Below, one piece after another: positions 29,869 to 38,785 of a DNA stretch of 62,043 nt. Every line of letters begins with the position of its first letter. Within the stretch, counting starts at the first letter, position 1. The stretch comes from an uncultured Bacilli bacterium (GTDB taxonomy: Bacteria; Bacillota_I; Bacilli_A; RF39; UBA660), in contig CANRAQ010000001.1 in NCBI GenBank assembly GCA_947628725.1, positions 1-62,043 of the forward strand, read 5' to 3'. The position numbers were made by a program, and so were the translations under genes. The notes beneath the pieces were generated by a model that was not told where the DNA came from, searched no databases, and saw nothing but the letters and a program-made list of their open reading frames with translations.

Positions 29869-30612
29869 ATGGACACTATTAAAATTTCTGATGATGATTT
29901 TAAAGAAATGGTCAGATATAAATTTCCTAACAGTTATGAATCTAGTGCATACCTAATTATAATAGATAATAAAAAATATGTGTTGAAATTATTTAATGAA
30001 AATATTAATACTAAAAATAAATTTGAAAAAATCATTCTATTAAAGGATAGATTAAAAGATACTGATTTAGTTGTTACTGCGGATTCTTTTGCAACATATA
30101 AGGATAAAAAAGGTTATATTATGCCATACATAGATGGTAAGGAATTTGACTATGTCGGTATGAGAAAGAAAAATATAATTTCAGTATTAAAATTAGTAAG
30201 TGAAAGTTTAAAAGAAATACATAAATATAATATTGTATGTGGAGATTTTACTCATAATTTTATTATAGGTAATGATAATAAACTACATTTTATAGATCAT
30301 GATAATTACCAAATAGATGATATACCTGTAGATACTCCAGATAGATTTTTAAAAAATTATATGAAATATATAACTAATATAGATTCTAATTATGATAATT
30401 ATGTTCTTAACTTATATACAGTAGCTGCATTATATAAAATATTTTACCCATATATAATAGAATGTTATGTACACAAAGATATAGAATTTAAAGATAAAGA
30501 AATTAATAAAATACTAGAAAATACTTTTAATTTAAAAGATTCATACGATGAAAAAGCAATAGTAGATTTAATTAAAGAAAAAAAAGATCTTAGACGTTTA
30601 AGACATTATTAG
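29869..30612 (+). CDS. Small protein-kinase-like fold protein (RIO/Kdo-kinase-like)
   Basis: ORF track 29851..30612. ATG 29869 follows GAGGGAGG. VLKLF (Lys in a beta3-like position), IVCGDFTHNFII (catalytic-loop-like) and LHFIDHDN (DFG-like). Confidence 0.5.
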   Translation: MDTIKISDDDFKEMVRYKFPNSYESSAYLIIIDNKKYVLKLFNENINTKNKFEKIILLKDRLKDTDLVVTADSFATYKDKKGYIMPYIDGKEFDYVGMRKKNIISVLKLVSESLKEIHKYNIVCGDFTHNFIIGNDNKLHFIDHDNYQIDDIPVDTPDRFLKNYMKYITNIDSNYDNYVLNLYTVAALYKIFYPYIIECYVHKDIEFKDKEINKILENTFNLKDSYDEKAIVDLIKEKKDLRRLRHY

Positions 30613-31439
30613 ATCTTTTTTTTGTTCCTTTTAAAATTAAACATATACTGTATAGCTAGCCCACTATACTTTCCATAAACAGATTTGGTATATTTTCTAA
30701 TAGAAGCCTCACCTTCTATATTATAATCATCCTTCATAAATTTTTTTACCCATGTGTCTGTTGGATATACATCAAATTTTTGATATGCGAATAATAATAT
30801 ACAAGACGCTACTTTAGGTCCAACACCTTTAAATGTCATAAGATAATCTAGTGCATCCTCACTTTTCATATCATAGATTTTATTTATGTCTAATTTTGAA
30901 TCGTTTATAGATTTAACTATTTCATATAAATATTTATCTCTAAAACCTACTTTATAATTTCTATAGTCTGATACTGATAGATTTTTTAATTCATCATAAC
31001 TTGGAAATAGATAATATTCATATCCCTCAAACAATACTTTCTTACCATGATCTTTAGCAATCAAATTTAATGAATTAGCGATAGATGGAACTCTATTATT
31101 TTGAGATATAACATATGAAATTATAGTTTCAAATGGATCTTGATGTATCATTTTAAGTCCCTTACTAAATTCTATTGCTTCTTTCATCTTAGAATCTCTT
31201 TTTACTATATCATTTTTTATTTCCTCATAATCTCTATTAAGATCAAAATAATCATTTACTATTTCTTCTAAATTATTTTCATCATTAGATCTTATTTCTA
31301 TATAATCCTTATCTTCTTTTAAACTTATAACTCTATCTTTCAATATTACTATAAATTCATCATCTCTTTTTAAATATCTAAATATCTGACCACAAGTTAT
31401 CGTAGAATTTAAATCGAAGTTATTTTTTATTTTTATCAT
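30609..31439 (-). CDS. ogg: HhH-GPD DNA glycosylase (8-oxoguanine glycosylase/AlkA-like)
   Basis: 276 aa. LMTFKGVGPKVASCILLFAYQKFDVYPTDTWV is the HhH-GPD motif with the catalytic Asp. Size and layout resemble clostridial Ogg. Confidence 0.7.
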   Translation of the reverse strand: MIKIKNNFDLNSTITCGQIFRYLKRDDEFIVILKDRVISLKEDKDYIEIRSNDENNLEEIVNDYFDLNRDYEEIKNDIVKRDSKMKEAIEFSKGLKMIHQDPFETIISYVISQNNRVPSIANSLNLIAKDHGKKVLFEGYEYYLFPSYDELKNLSVSDYRNYKVGFRDKYLYEIVKSINDSKLDINKIYDMKSEDALDYLMTFKGVGPKVASCILLFAYQKFDVYPTDTWVKKFMKDDYNIEGEASIRKYTKSVYGKYSGLAIQYMFNFKRNKKKI

Positions 31440-31454
31440 ATCATCACCACAGTT

Positions 31455-31904
31455 TTATAACTCAAATTTTATATTTATTTCATCCTTATCTAAATTAGGT
31501 AAATTATCTATATGTCCTAACTTAGTATAGGTATAAGATGTATCAAATGATTTATAGAATATAACTAGACAATTATTTCCATATATCATAACATCACCTT
31601 TATTTATATGTTTTGGATTTGTTGGTTTCACAGTAAAAGTTGTATTTAAATAAGTATATTTTTCGTTTCCATTTAGTTCATTCATAGTAAGTTCCATAGG
31701 TAATAAATTAATAAATTCATTTGCTAAATTACTATCTTCTAACTTTATATCAACTACTGTATCATTTATAATTGCTTTTATGCTCATAATATCATCACTT
31801 TCATTTACATCAACATTAATTTTATTATTTGCCTTTTTTATTAACATTAATATTAATAATATAAATATGAACGCTAATACTAATAATATTTTTTTACTTT
31901 TCAT
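31455..31904 (-). CDS. Membrane-anchored cyclophilin-like-fold protein (unknown function)
   Basis: 149 aa with an N-terminal TM helix. GDVMIYGNNCLVIFYKSF resembles the cyclophilin-like family seen in Firmicutes. Weak assignment. Confidence 0.4.
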   Translation of the reverse strand: MKSKKILLVLAFIFILLILMLIKKANNKINVDVNESDDIMSIKAIINDTVVDIKLEDSNLANEFINLLPMELTMNELNGNEKYTYLNTTFTVKPTNPKHINKGDVMIYGNNCLVIFYKSFDTSYTYTKLGHIDNLPNLDKDEINIKFEL

Positions 31905-31912
31905 AAATTTTA

Positions 31913-34123
31913 TTATCTTTCTTTAATATGTTTTATTCTTAGAGTATTTAATACTACAGTAATACTGCTTAAAACCATTGCCAAACTAGCTAACATTGGG
32001 TTAATTGAAATACCAAAGTTTTTAAATAGTCCAATAGCAATTGGTATCATCAAAATATTATATAAAAAGGCCCAAAATAAATTTTGTTTAATATTTTTTA
32101 TAGTTTTTTTACTAATATTTAAAAGTTTTATTATGCTCCTTAAATCATTATTAATCAATATTACATCAGCAGAATTCATAGCAATATCTGTCCCACTATT
32201 AATACTTACTCCTATATCTGAACTTGCTAAAGCGGGACTATCGTTTATTCCATCCCCACACATCATAACAATTTTGTTATCCTTTTTTAACCTTTTTATA
32301 ATTTCATTTTTTTCTTTAGGTAATACATCTGATACTACATCATTTATTCCAATACTATTTGAAATAATCTGTGCTGTTTTACTATTGTCACCTGTTAACA
32401 TTACTACATCTACATTCATATTTTTTAATGCTTTTATCACTTCTTTGGATTCATTTCTAATAATGTCGTTTACCCCAATAAGCCCAATTATATTTTTATT
32501 TTTTACAACATATATGATACTGTTACCTAAATTAACTAGTTTTTCTTCATCACTTATATATTTATTTTTAATATTATATTTTTTTAATATTTTCGAATTA
32601 CCTAATATAATTTCTTCATTATTTATCATACCACTTATTCCATATCCAGATATGTTTTTAAAATTATCTACATCTAAATAAGAAATATTTTTATCTTCCA
32701 TATAAGTAGTGAATGCCCTAGATATTGGATGAGTTGATTTAACTTCCATACTACCTACTATTTGCATTAAATCATCATTACTAATAGAACTATAATTTAT
32801 AATATTTTCTACTTTTAATTTTCCATATGTTAAAGTACCTGTTTTATCAAATACTACTGTATTTATTTTCGACGCTACTTCTAGTACTTCACTTTTTTTA
32901 ACTAATATTCCATTAGTTGCACATAAACCTTCACTTACGACTATGGCAAGAGGTGTAGCAAGACCTAAACTACATGGACATGCAACTACTAATATTGTAA
33001 CAAATGTTATAATAGATTCTTTAAATGAAAATCCAAGTATTAAATATACTATAAATGTAATTATGGATATCAATATTACAGAAGGCACAAAATAACTAGC
33101 AACTTTATCTGCAATTAACGATATTTTTGGTTTAGAATTTGTTGCCTCTAAAACTAATCTAACTATTTCAGATATGGTACTTTCTTTACCTATTTTTACT
33201 GCTTCATACTCTATATATCCATCATAATTTAAACTACCGGCAATTACATCATCACCAATTTTCTTTGATACAGGCTTACTTTCTCCTGTTATAAATGATT
33301 CATCTAAATGAGTTTCACCAAATACTATTTTACCATCTACAGCGATTTTTTCACCAGATTTAGATACAACTATATCACCTTTTTTTATTTCATCTATAGT
33401 TGCTTCTTTCAATTTGCCATTTATTTTTATTACAGCATTATTTGGTGTAATTTTAACTAATTTTTTTATAGCATCTTTTGTTTTATCTTTACTTAATCCA
33501 TCTATATATCTACCTAATTTTATAAAATATATTATGATAGCAGAAGATTCAAAATATAGATTCATTACATCATTTGAATTATGACTTAATATTAAAATCA
33601 TATTATATAGACTATATAAAAAACTAGTTAAAACACCAATAGAAACTAAAGTATCCATATTTGGTGTCTTATGTATTAAATTTTTATATCCATTTTTTAA
33701 TATATCAAATCCATATATTATGAAACATATAGTCAATATAAATAAACTTATTACATAATTTTCTATATTAGTTTTTGGATTTAAATAAGGTGGTGTTGGT
33801 AAATTAATCATATGTCCCATAGAAATATACATCAATAATATCGCTAAAAAAGTAAATATTATAAATTTAATCTTTTCTTTTTTACTTTTATTTTCTATTT
33901 TAATTTCTTTAAATTCACCTAAACTTTTAAATCCAGCTTCATCAATAAATTTTTCTATTTTATCTTGATTCAATACTTTTTCATCATATTCAACTATAAC
34001 ATTTGCCATTACGAGATTAACTGATGCATTTATAACGCCATTTTGTTTATTAAGATATTTTTCTAATCCATTTGAACATGCTGAACATGTCATACCATCA
34101 ACAGCTAATATTATTTTTTTCAT
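31913..34123 (-). CDS. copA: Copper-translocating P1B-type ATPase
   Basis: 736 aa. N-terminal HMA GMTCSACSNGLEK, TM CPC motif (VACPCSLGLATP), DKTGTLT phosphorylation site and GDGINDSPAL. Confidence 0.92.
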   Translation of the reverse strand: MKKIILAVDGMTCSACSNGLEKYLNKQNGVINASVNLVMANVIVEYDEKVLNQDKIEKFIDEAGFKSLGEFKEIKIENKSKKEKIKFIIFTFLAILLMYISMGHMINLPTPPYLNPKTNIENYVISLFILTICFIIYGFDILKNGYKNLIHKTPNMDTLVSIGVLTSFLYSLYNMILILSHNSNDVMNLYFESSAIIIYFIKLGRYIDGLSKDKTKDAIKKLVKITPNNAVIKINGKLKEATIDEIKKGDIVVSKSGEKIAVDGKIVFGETHLDESFITGESKPVSKKIGDDVIAGSLNYDGYIEYEAVKIGKESTISEIVRLVLEATNSKPKISLIADKVASYFVPSVILISIITFIVYLILGFSFKESIITFVTILVVACPCSLGLATPLAIVVSEGLCATNGILVKKSEVLEVASKINTVVFDKTGTLTYGKLKVENIINYSSISNDDLMQIVGSMEVKSTHPISRAFTTYMEDKNISYLDVDNFKNISGYGISGMINNEEIILGNSKILKKYNIKNKYISDEEKLVNLGNSIIYVVKNKNIIGLIGVNDIIRNESKEVIKALKNMNVDVVMLTGDNSKTAQIISNSIGINDVVSDVLPKEKNEIIKRLKKDNKIVMMCGDGINDSPALASSDIGVSINSGTDIAMNSADVILINNDLRSIIKLLNISKKTIKNIKQNLFWAFLYNILMIPIAIGLFKNFGISINPMLASLAMVLSSITVVLNTLRIKHIKER

Positions 34124-34127
34124 TATA

Positions 34128-34334
34128 TTAATCCTTTTCTATATCAAAACCAAGATTAGTAATTTTTTCTTCTATTAAATTCGTATCAATTTTATCTTCA
34201 CTGTTAATTGTTACAGTTCCTTTTTTATAGTCAGCTAAAACCTCACCATCTACTACATTTTTTAATACATTTTTAATTCTATTTTCACAACCTTCACATT
34301 CCATACCCCTAACTTTAATTATTATTTTTTCCAT
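34128..34334 (-). CDS. copZ: Copper chaperone (HMA domain)
   Basis: 68 aa with a GMECEGCENRI metal-binding motif, directly upstream of copA. Confidence 0.85.
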   Translation of the reverse strand: MEKIIIKVRGMECEGCENRIKNVLKNVVDGEVLADYKKGTVTINSEDKIDTNLIEEKITNLGFDIEKD

Positions 34335-34431
34335 AAAATCATCCTTTCATATAAATATTTATTTTATTTCAAAAATATTATATACCTTATTTATTGTTTT
34401 TGTAAATAAATTTTGTATTTTCATTCTAATC

Positions 34432-34460
34432 AAAAAAGTAAATCACTATTGTAATTTACT
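34432..34460 (-). terminator. Rho-independent terminator after the MATE fusion gene
   Basis: Minus strand AGTAAAT-loop-ATTTACT followed by TTTTTT. Confidence 0.6.
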
Positions 34461-34471
34461 TAAAATTATTA

Positions 34472-36451
34472 TTATTTTAAATTTACTTTTTTTATATATT
34501 CACATATTATTTCAGCAGTTTTTTCTTTTCCTATTGATGAATCGATACACAAATCATAATTTTCTGGTTTACCCCAAGTTTTACCTGAAATTATTTCATA
34601 ATAACTTGCTCTATTTTTATCAGATTTTTTAATATTTTTTATAGCTTTTGATTTAGTATCTTTATACATTTCCATTATATTTTTAACTCTATAATCATCA
34701 TTAGCATATATAAATATTCTAACTAAATTTTTGTTATCTCTCAATACATAATCTGAAGCTCTTCCAACAAGTACACATGAACCTTTTGATGCAATCATAT
34801 TTATTACTTTTTCTTGAGCCTCTATTGCATATTTTACTGGTGCAGTTGTTAAATATAGATCATGAAGCAAATCGTCATCACTATTAATTTGTGAAACAAA
34901 CTCTTTATCAAGTTTACTTTCTTTGGCTGCTAGAGCTGTCATCTCTTTATAGTAGTAAGGAATATTTAAACTTTCTGCAACTAATTTACCAATTGCCTTT
35001 CCTTGTGAACCATGTGTTCTTGAAATAGTTATTATTACGCCATCTTTAGACTCCTTTAAATAAGCATTGTTTTCTTCAATAACTTTTTTAGTTTTAAGAT
35101 TCTTGAAAAATTTTATGATAAGTATAATAGTTACAATAATTCCTATTATATCTGCAATTGGTGCGGATATCAATACACCTTTAATTCCCATGTATTTTGG
35201 TAATATTATAACAAGTGGTACAAAACATACAATATCTCTTGAAAGTGATACAATTGCTGCTTTTGTAGGTTCGCCTACTGCTTGAAAGAATATAGAACAC
35301 ATTTTAATTAAACATGTAAATGTTACAAGTAATAAAAATAATCTAAATGTTAAAACTGCAAAATCTATATAAAGTTTTTCATCAGATCCAAATATTTTTA
35401 TTATTATGTTAGGACAAAGTTCAAATATTATCGTAGATATAATTCCAACAATAACGGATATAATAACGACCTTTTTAAAAGTTTCTTTTACTCTTTTAAT
35501 ATTTTTTGCACCGTAATTGTAACCTAATATTGGCTGAGCACCTAATATTACACCAACTATAATATTTATTACTATTGAAAATACTTTCATCACTATTCCA
35601 ATAACAGCAATAGGTATGTCTGATCCGTATTTACTTTTAGCTCCATATTTAGATAGCATTATATTACAAACGAGTGATATTACGACTATACTCATTTGAG
35701 TTATAAATGTTGAAATACCTAGTTTAATTATATTTTTAAATATACCTATATTAATTTTAAAACTTTCTTTAGTTAATTTAAATGTTTTAGTTCTAGTGTA
35801 ATATATAATTGTAACAATAAGTGAAGCAACCTGCCCTATTACGGTAGCATATGCTGCACCTTTGATTCCTAAATTAAATTTAAATATAAATATTGGATCT
35901 AAAATTATGTTAATAATTGCTCCAACTGCTGTTGCAGCCATAGAAAAGCCCGGAGATCCATCTGCTCTAATTACTGCATTCATACTATTAGATAGCATAT
36001 AGACTGGTATAAATATAAGTATTATTGTAAAATAATCCCTAGCTAATGATATACTTTCGTCACTCGCACCAAATAGATATAGTAAATTATCTTTAAATAT
36101 AAATCCTAATATAAGAAATATTATACTTATAATAAAAGTAACTAATATACTATTCCCAATTCCTTTATGAGCATTTTTTGTATCTTTCCTACCTTGACAT
36201 AGTGAAAGGTATGCAGCAGAACCATCACCAAAACACCATGCAAATGCAACGGAAATAATTGTAATTGGATAAACTACCCCAGTTGCAGCATTACCTAAAT
36301 ATCCTAAATTACTATTACCTATAAATATTTGATCTACTATATTATATAAGGAACTAATAAGTAGTGATAAAATACAAGGTATAGAAAATTTTAGTAATAA
36401 TTTAGATATCTTTTCTTCCCCTAAAAAATTATTATTTTGTTGATTTTCCAT
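34472..36451 (-). CDS. MATE-family efflux transporter fused to a C-terminal cytidylate-kinase-like (P-loop) domain
   Basis: 659 aa. Residues ~1-450 are a 12-TM MATE-like domain. Residues ~470-659 start with VIITISRTHGSQGKAIGKLVAESLNIPYY, typical of the cytidylate-kinase-like family 2. Confidence 0.7.
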   Translation of the reverse strand: MENQQNNNFLGEEKISKLLLKFSIPCILSLLISSLYNIVDQIFIGNSNLGYLGNAATGVVYPITIISVAFAWCFGDGSAAYLSLCQGRKDTKNAHKGIGNSILVTFIISIIFLILGFIFKDNLLYLFGASDESISLARDYFTIILIFIPVYMLSNSMNAVIRADGSPGFSMAATAVGAIINIILDPIFIFKFNLGIKGAAYATVIGQVASLIVTIIYYTRTKTFKLTKESFKINIGIFKNIIKLGISTFITQMSIVVISLVCNIMLSKYGAKSKYGSDIPIAVIGIVMKVFSIVINIIVGVILGAQPILGYNYGAKNIKRVKETFKKVVIISVIVGIISTIIFELCPNIIIKIFGSDEKLYIDFAVLTFRLFLLLVTFTCLIKMCSIFFQAVGEPTKAAIVSLSRDIVCFVPLVIILPKYMGIKGVLISAPIADIIGIIVTIILIIKFFKNLKTKKVIEENNAYLKESKDGVIITISRTHGSQGKAIGKLVAESLNIPYYYKEMTALAAKESKLDKEFVSQINSDDDLLHDLYLTTAPVKYAIEAQEKVINMIASKGSCVLVGRASDYVLRDNKNLVRIFIYANDDYRVKNIMEMYKDTKSKAIKNIKKSDKNRASYYEIISGKTWGKPENYDLCIDSSIGKEKTAEIICEYIKKVNLK

Positions 36452-36484
36452 TTTTATTCCTCCTTTTGGTAAATCATATGTCGG

Positions 36485-36586
36485 TCCATTTTAAAGCAAA
36501 AAAATACACGTAAAACAATGTCTTGTTTTTACGCGTATTGCTGGATCAGACTTGATAATTATATAACTTTTTTGAAATTTTTTCAA
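36485..36586 (-). promoter_or_regulatory. Promoter (TTGAAA-17-TATAAT) plus leader hairpin/U-run (possible attenuator) upstream of the MATE fusion gene
   Basis: -35 at 36581..36586 and -10 at 36558..36563 (minus strand). The leader contains ACGCGTAAAAACA...TGTTTTACGTGT followed by ATTTTTTTG, about 35 nt before the RBS. Confidence 0.5.
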
Positions 36587-36627
36587 GCATAATTTTTAAA
36601 TTTTCTTAAGTTTAAACTTCAAAAAAT

Positions 36628-37116
36628 CTAATTTGTTTTCTTATTAATTATTCTTCTGTAGCAAATAAATTTATAAATCATAATACCAATAAAACTTCCA
36701 AATGTATCAATAAATACATCATATATTTTTGCGCTTCTTCCTGATATTAGTAATTGATGTGCTTCATCACTACATGCATATAAAAAGCATAAAATTAATG
36801 CAATGAGCATAAACTTTTTATCCAAATTTTTATAATCTTTAATTACACTACATAGTAAAAATGCTAAAACCAAATATTCAATAATATGTGCTGTTTTTCT
36901 AACTACTAATGTAGTATTTTTAGTATATATTTCTAGTTCTTCAGAATGAATTTCTTTATTTGTTATATTGTAATACCAAGTAAATAATTGCTTCACTATC
37001 ACATCACTACGACTAGAAGAAACTTCTCCATTATCGTTTGAAAAACTAAATATTAATGCCATCCAAATTATTAACAAAACTATTCTTAAATATTTCATAT
37101 AATCAACCAAAGACAT
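36628..37116 (-). CDS. VanZ-family membrane protein
   Basis: 162 aa with 4-5 TM helices. VRKTAHIIEYLVLAFLL and SDEAHQ motifs are typical of VanZ-like proteins. Confidence 0.7.
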   Translation of the reverse strand: MSLVDYMKYLRIVLLIIWMALIFSFSNDNGEVSSSRSDVIVKQLFTWYYNITNKEIHSEELEIYTKNTTLVVRKTAHIIEYLVLAFLLCSVIKDYKNLDKKFMLIALILCFLYACSDEAHQLLISGRSAKIYDVFIDTFGSFIGIMIYKFICYRRIINKKTN

Positions 37117-37160
37117 TATAACACATACCTATTTTATAAGCAATAGAAAAAAATTTGTAT

Positions 37161-37189
37161 GAAAAATAAAAGCAACTTTTTTCAGTTGC
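37161..37189 (-). terminator. Rho-independent terminator after tRNA-Met
   Basis: Minus strand GCAACT-GAAAAA-AGTTGC followed by TTTTATTTTTC. Confidence 0.65.
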
Positions 37190-37228
37190 CTTATATAATA
37201 CTCGAATTTTTCGAGTTTGATAACAATC

Positions 37229-37305
37229 TGGTAGCGACGGGGAGATTCGAACTCTCGACACCATGGGTATGAACCATGTGCTCTAGCCAACTGAGCTACA
37301 TCGCC
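37229..37305 (-). tRNA. tRNA-Met (CAU), elongator type
   Basis: Reverse complement GGCGATGTAGCTCAGTTGGCTAGAGCACATGGTTCATACCCATGGTGTCGAGAGTTCGAATCTCCCCGTCGCTACCA. G1-C72 is paired and there is no GGG/CCC anticodon stem, so it is not an initiator. Ile2 (lysidine) cannot be fully excluded. Confidence 0.8.
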
Positions 37306-37432
37306 ATAAATTTGAAACAATATAATAATAACATATTTTGCCATCTTTGACAATATATTTTTTTAAATTTATAAAATAAATTAGTCATTATTATTATAAT
37401 ATTAAAAATGAATTATATAACTAAAAAAAGAA

Positions 37433-38785
37433 TTAATAATCATTTTTTACTAATTCTTTATATTTTCTACCCTTTTCCTCAAAATTTTTAAAATATTCAT
37501 AACTGCTTGCTGCTGGAGACATTAAACAAATTTTACCTTTAGCAGTAACTTCTTTTGCCTTTTTTACAGCATCTTCTAAATATTCTATACAATATATATT
37601 TTTATTTGTATTCATCTCTTTTAATTTATCTGCTATTTTATAACCTGTAGTTGGCATACATATTAAATTACTTATATTACTATTATATAAATATTCTATA
37701 AGACTACTATAATCTATTCCCCTATCCATGCCACCAAATATTAAGGTATCAACTTCTTTTAATGTCTTTAATGCATTTATAGTTGCTTCAGGTATAGTAG
37801 AAATAGAATCATTATAATATGATATTCCATTTATAGTCGCAACAAATTCTAACCTATGCTCAAGTGGTATAAATTCATTTATAGTTTTTATTACTTTAGA
37901 TAAATCTAATTTTAATATTTTTGATACCATTATGCAAAACATTATATTGATTAAGTTATGTTCACCTTTTAAATTCCTTTTATTATCACAATCATATAAT
38001 GTTTCATTATTAAATATTATATAATTAATATTTTTATATATAGTATTAGAATCTAAATTTTTATTTAATGATATTTTATATTGTTTTCCTAAATATTTGT
38101 TATTTTTCATCTGATTAACTAAATTTTCGTTATCTAAATAATATAATGAATAATCGTCTTCATTTTGAAATTTAAACATATTCATCTTGCACTCATGATA
38201 ATGACTAACAGTTTTACAAAAGTCCAAATGATCTTCAAACAAATTAAGAATTATTCCTATATGTGGAGATACATTAACAAATTCTAACTGCAATGCAGAC
38301 ATCTCTATGACAAGTTTAGTATTATTAGTATACTTTTCTACATCATCTAGCATAGGTTTACCTATGTTACCAATTAAATATGAATCAAATCCTTGATCAA
38401 GTAATATCTTGTTCATAAGTGTAGAAGTTGTACTTTTACCTTTAGTCCCTGTAATTCCTATTACATTATCTTTATATGTTTCTAATATTAATTGTAATTG
38501 TGATGTTATTTTATGTCTTATTTTACTCGTATCAATCTCACTTAATGAAATTCCAGGTGTCTTAATAATTAAATCATATTTATCTAAATTATCTAGGTAA
38601 TTATCACCAAAAACGATAGTTACATTTTTATCACTTACATCATTCGATATATCCTTTTTATCTATTATAGTAATAGGCATATCACTATGTCTTCTTATAA
38701 AATTATAAGTTGATTTACCTTCTCTACCAAAACCTAATATACATATATTTTTATCTTTAATAACTTCTAATATTTTATTATACAT
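37433..38785 (-). CDS. murD: UDP-N-acetylmuramoylalanine--glutamate ligase (MurD family)
   Basis: 450 aa. GITGTKGKSTT P-loop and overall Mur-ligase layout. Located outside any visible dcw cluster. Confidence 0.85.
   Translation of the reverse strand: MYNKILEVIKDKNICILGFGREGKSTYNFIRRHSDMPITIIDKKDISNDVSDKNVTIVFGDNYLDNLDKYDLIIKTPGISLSEIDTSKIRHKITSQLQLILETYKDNVIGITGTKGKSTTSTLMNKILLDQGFDSYLIGNIGKPMLDDVEKYTNNTKLVIEMSALQLEFVNVSPHIGIILNLFEDHLDFCKTVSHYHECKMNMFKFQNEDDYSLYYLDNENLVNQMKNNKYLGKQYKISLNKNLDSNTIYKNINYIIFNNETLYDCDNKRNLKGEHNLINIMFCIMVSKILKLDLSKVIKTINEFIPLEHRLEFVATINGISYYNDSISTIPEATINALKTLKEVDTLIFGGMDRGIDYSSLIEYLYNSNISNLICMPTTGYKIADKLKEMNTNKNIYCIEYLEDAVKKAKEVTAKGKICLMSPAASSYEYFKNFEEKGRKYKELVKNDY

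Noticed and set aside
34335-34471. Possible CopY/CsoR operator upstream of copZ (TGTAAATAAATTTTGTA).
   Set aside because: The TGTA elements are direct rather than the inverted TACAnnTGTA cop box. There is no GC-rich CsoR-type palindrome and no repressor gene in the window.
37129-37353. 74-aa minus-strand ORF.
   Set aside because: It is almost entirely occupied by tRNA-Met (37229..37305) and its terminator, so it is not coding.
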